Below are positions 61,347 to 64,000 of a stretch of DNA of 64,000 bases, one piece after another. The DNA is from Bacteroidales bacterium (GTDB lineage Bacteria > Bacteroidota > Bacteroidia > Bacteroidales > UBA10428), in assembly GCA_046481675.1 (NCBI GenBank), contig JAWOJJ010000147.1:16842-80841 (forward strand), in the 5' to 3' direction. The notes under the pieces are model-generated. The model ran no database searches and had not been told where the DNA came from. It saw only the letters and a list, made by a program, of their open reading frames with translations. A program made the translations under genes and the position numbers. Numbering within the stretch: position 1 is the first letter of the stretch; the number at the start of each line of letters is the position of its first letter.

Positions 61347-62904
61347 AATCTGCAGATATCCGGTAATAGTTTATATTTCTGTTTCTGAGAGCAGGAATCA
61401 CGATAGTATCTGATAGCGTGTCATAATACCTGATCGGCTCGGGGAATAAGGCTTTCTTCTTCCATTTCAGAACTGCCTTTTCGGCAATATTACCGAATTC
61501 ATCAACAGCCACTGCTTTTAAATAAGATTTTTTGGGATTGCTGAAAGCCTTTGGTGGCGCCTGTGAGTCAATATTCCGGTTATCATCATTGAAAAACAGA
61601 ACGATCCCCGATTTCTCCAACGGGGCCATCAGGGCATAAGAACAGTAATTACTTACAAAAGGGTTCATATAACCTGTTTCCCTGATGAAGCTCCTGTAAT
61701 CCGATAGCTCAAAACTACCGGATTCTGCAGTGGTATAATTGAAACTTTGCTTCTTCCTGATTAACCTTGTCCAGTATACCTGCCCACCGCCATCATAACA
61801 GGTAACAATCAGGTGGTTATAATTGTTGTAATTCTGATTGAAAACCTGTTCGGCAATAATCATGATCTTTCCGTTGTTTCTGAATACCATATCGGAAATA
61901 ACATAATCCATCAATTCGTCATTGTTCACCATCGGATCCTTGCTCCGGGCCAGATCAGCCATAACAGCATCATCAAATTGATCCAGCTTGATACCGGAGA
62001 TGAGGCCTGTCTGGTCGTCAATTTTAAAAAAGAATGTTCCGCGAACACCGGCCTTCAATACTTCCGAATAAAGCCCTGCACATAATAATTCACCAGCATC
62101 ACTTCCAATTATTTTAATGCCCCTGATATACAAATCGGGCAGGGTCAGCGGGTACTCCCTGAATGTATTTCCGTCATCGGTATACCTGTAAATGGCATAC
62201 ATGTTTTTTACATCCTGTAGCAGCGAGAATATCGACTCCCTTTTCAGCAGGCTGAGAATGGACACATTGCCCGCCTCATCAACAATGTATTTGTTATCCC
62301 TGGGACCCTGGCCATGAAACTTGAAGGTGTCTTTTCTTTTCCATAGCAAACTCAGGCCTTCATCAAAAATAGAATACTCATTGAATTGTGCACCAGAAAG
62401 GGGCAGTTTTATTCTTGACGCGATCAGCAATTTGGTTTCATGTTTTGAAAGAACAACATGAAAATCAGCCCAGTTTCCCTTAATAAAATCAACAGTGGTC
62501 AGCTCAATCAGTTCAGTTAACGGGAGCAGGGTGTTTTTATCGAGTTTCTGATAATAAAGAACGGTTTCACTGAATCTGCGCAGGGTTACAAAAAGGTACA
62601 ACTCATTGTGAAAATGCACCAGGGCTTCAAGGTCATAAGTTTTCAGACCTTTGAAAAGCTTTAATGGCTCTTCATGAATTTTGTTGAGTTCCTGATCAAG
62701 TTTTTCAATAAAATTCTGGGAGCTTTCATGTTTGATTACATAATAATAATCCCGGTCATGCCCGATAATCTGAACCCTGCTGATGGTGCTGCCGAGTATT
62801 TCCTTTTCACTTCCGGTAACCTGGATATCCTGGGCACCTGCCGGGCTCATGAATGCGCAAAAGACAACAGCAATAACAACTGTTTTAACGATTGGAATTT
62901 TCAT
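61336..62904 (-). CDS. Hypothetical secreted protein (522 aa)
   Basis: Signal peptide MKIPIVKTVVIAVVFCAFMSPAGAQ and a beta-rich composition. Its 3' end overlaps the convergent 155-aa gene by 11 nt. No motif recognised. Confidence 0.6.
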   Translation of the reverse strand: MKIPIVKTVVIAVVFCAFMSPAGAQDIQVTGSEKEILGSTISRVQIIGHDRDYYYVIKHESSQNFIEKLDQELNKIHEEPLKLFKGLKTYDLEALVHFHNELYLFVTLRRFSETVLYYQKLDKNTLLPLTELIELTTVDFIKGNWADFHVVLSKHETKLLIASRIKLPLSGAQFNEYSIFDEGLSLLWKRKDTFKFHGQGPRDNKYIVDEAGNVSILSLLKRESIFSLLQDVKNMYAIYRYTDDGNTFREYPLTLPDLYIRGIKIIGSDAGELLCAGLYSEVLKAGVRGTFFFKIDDQTGLISGIKLDQFDDAVMADLARSKDPMVNNDELMDYVISDMVFRNNGKIMIIAEQVFNQNYNNYNHLIVTCYDGGGQVYWTRLIRKKQSFNYTTAESGSFELSDYRSFIRETGYMNPFVSNYCSYALMAPLEKSGIVLFFNDDNRNIDSQAPPKAFSNPKKSYLKAVAVDEFGNIAEKAVLKWKKKALFPEPIRYYDTLSDTIVIPALRNRNINYYRISADFIR

Positions 62905-62987
62905 GTCAGATACAGCTAAATTTTAACCAAATCTAATAAATAGTTGCTACATTTTTAAGGGTTTATGACCGGGTTACCTGGAAACCA

Positions 62988-63056
62988 ACCTGGCAAACCC
63001 GTTTTCAAGAGTAAATGGTCCCAGAAGATCAGTTGAAATGGGAGGAGGATGGATTT
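62988..63056 (+). pseudogene. Decayed 3'-end fragment of a second RayT-like transposase gene
   Basis: ACCTGGCAAACCCGTTTTCA (62988..63007) matches 63710..63729 at 19/20. GTTGAAATGGGAGGAGGATG (63032..63051) matches 63793..63812 at 20/20. Order and orientation are the same, and the fragment frame hits a stop (TWQTRFQE*). Confidence 0.5.
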
Positions 63057-63214
63057 AGTATGTTCTGTGAAAGCAAATAAAACAGGATAATATTATTGCT
63101 GAAAAAAAACAGCAATACAAAATCTTATTAGTAAATTAGTTGCACCTATAAGGTTATACGTAATAATTTTGGTTTTATGGCAATAAGGATGTTATAAAAA
63201 ATATTCGAAAACCC

Positions 63215-63826
63215 ATGCCTGAAAAATTCCGCAACAAATACCGCATACCATCCACACGTCTTGTAAACTGGGATTACCGGTGGAATGCGCCCTATTTCAT
63301 TACCATTTGCACAAAACACCGGGAACATTTTTTCGGCCGGATTGCGGATGGGATAATGGAATTGTCGGAAATTGGGAAAATTGTTGAATCCGAATGGATA
63401 AAAACATATGAAATGCGCCCTGATATGAATTTACAGATGGATGAATTCGTGGTAATGCCCAATCATTTCCATGCGATTATCATTATTGGCGAAAATGAAT
63501 TTAATCAAAATGAATTGGGACACGAAACGGAATGTGGGGCGGGGTTTTGTAGAGACGCAATGCATTGCGTCTCTACCGCAATGCATTGCGTCTCTACGGT
63601 ACAAAAACCAATAAACCAATTTGGCCCACAATCAAAAAACCTGGCATCCATCATCCGGGGATTTAAAACCGGGGTAACAACCAGGGCGCGGCAATTCTGT
63701 TCTGATTTCACCTGGCAATCCCGTTTTCACGACCACATCATCCGCGATGATGATTCATTCCAGAGAATTCAAAAATACATCCGTGAAAATCCGTTGAAAT
63801 GGGAGGAGGATGAATTTTATAAATGA
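63215..63826 (+). CDS. REP-associated-type tyrosine (Y1/HUH) transposase, IS200/RayT-like
   Basis: 203 aa with HUH motif VVMPNHFHAIIII and a C-terminal region WQSRFHDHIIRDDDSFQRIQKYIRENP holding the candidate catalytic Tyr. The N-terminus KYRIPSTRLVNWDY is typical of this Bacteroidota family. Confidence 0.8.
   Translation: MPEKFRNKYRIPSTRLVNWDYRWNAPYFITICTKHREHFFGRIADGIMELSEIGKIVESEWIKTYEMRPDMNLQMDEFVVMPNHFHAIIIIGENEFNQNELGHETECGAGFCRDAMHCVSTAMHCVSTVQKPINQFGPQSKNLASIIRGFKTGVTTRARQFCSDFTWQSRFHDHIIRDDDSFQRIQKYIRENPLKWEEDEFYK
63549..63597 (+). repeat. 28-bp perfect palindrome GTAGAGACGCAATG|CATTGCGTCTCTAC inside the transposase ORF, right part duplicated (21 bp, in frame)
   Basis: Read directly. 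Units CGCAATGCATTGCGTCTCTAC at 63556..63576 and 63577..63597 encode AMHCVST twice. Confidence 0.9.
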
Positions 63827-63870
63827 ATTGGCACATCATTTCACCAGTATTGACACCACCAAAACAAAAA

Positions 63871-63889
63871 ACGCCTGAAATTCAGGCGT
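63871..63889. terminator. Hairpin between the transposase gene and tRNA-Gln
   Basis: ACGCCTGAA-a-TTCAGGCGT followed by TTGATTTGTGTTTTTG, a weak T tract. The GCCTGAA/TTCAGGC core is the same as in the tRNA-His terminator. Confidence 0.4.
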
Positions 63890-63905
63890 TTGATTTGTGT
63901 TTTTG

Positions 63906-63978
63906 TTGCCCCGCTAGGAATCGAACCTAGAGTCTTCTGATCCAGAGACAGACGTGTTGCCAATTACACTACAGGGCA
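63906..63978 (-). tRNA. tRNA-Gln (CTG)
   Basis: Hand fold of the minus strand gives acceptor TGCCCTG/CGGGGCA (U1:A72, as in bacterial tRNA-Gln), D arm GTGT/ACAC, anticodon loop CTCTGGA (CTG) and T arm CTAGG-TTCGATT-CCTAG. No CCA is encoded. Confidence 0.85.
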
Positions 63979-64000
63979 ATAATTCGCTTTCCGAAAAAAG

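Noticed and set aside
63431-63711. Minus-strand ORFs (66 and 68 aa, containing VETQCIAVETQCIAS) inside the transposase gene
   Set aside because: They arise because the embedded palindrome reads as open frame on both strands. The plus frame carries the HUH and Tyr motifs.

Overview
This 64-kb window looks like a chromosomal segment from a Bacteroidota-type genome. The evidence is family recognition and synteny only: a T9SS type-B sorting domain protein, an IPExxxVDY protein beside rnc-fabF-acpP, a DUF5686/CarboxypepD_reg protein, the block sigma54-EBP/LptE/TPR-like/SecG/GroES/GroEL, L31 type B, and SDR-type Tdh with Kbl. I support about 62 protein-coding genes and 2 tRNAs (His-GTG, Gln-CTG). 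Most are housekeeping: rnhB, coaX, ftsH, lon, pyrE, coaD, folA-thyA, two SODs, Kdo/LPS genes, groESL, a two-component system, tonB-exbBD, rnc-fabF-acpP, purN and tcdA. I found no CRISPR array, prophage, integrase, recognisable defence system or biosynthetic cluster, so I cannot claim a confidently novel gene system. What stands out is in the non-coding sequence. (1) At least seven intergenic arrays of short tandem repeats share a 7-bp phase. One pair lies in inverted orientation around a TonB-dependent receptor gene, and a 14-15-copy array lies between two SOD paralogs. (2) There are two 28-bp perfect palindromes whose right arm is tandemly reiterated. One sits downstream of groEL. The other, with GTAG...CTAC ends, sits inside the ORF of a RayT/IS200-like Y1 (HUH) transposase next to tRNA-Gln. 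(3) A 118-bp unit starting inside the 3' part of tRNA-His is tandemly duplicated, and by my hand fold that tRNA has two acceptor-stem mismatches. (4) A small accessory-looking islet at 59.1-63.9 kb holds DUF4126, a CPBP/Abi-family protease, two unknown proteins, a RayT fragment and RayT. CDS coordinates come from the supplied ORF track with start codons adjusted by eye. No database search or computation was possible, so all family calls rest on motif recognition.
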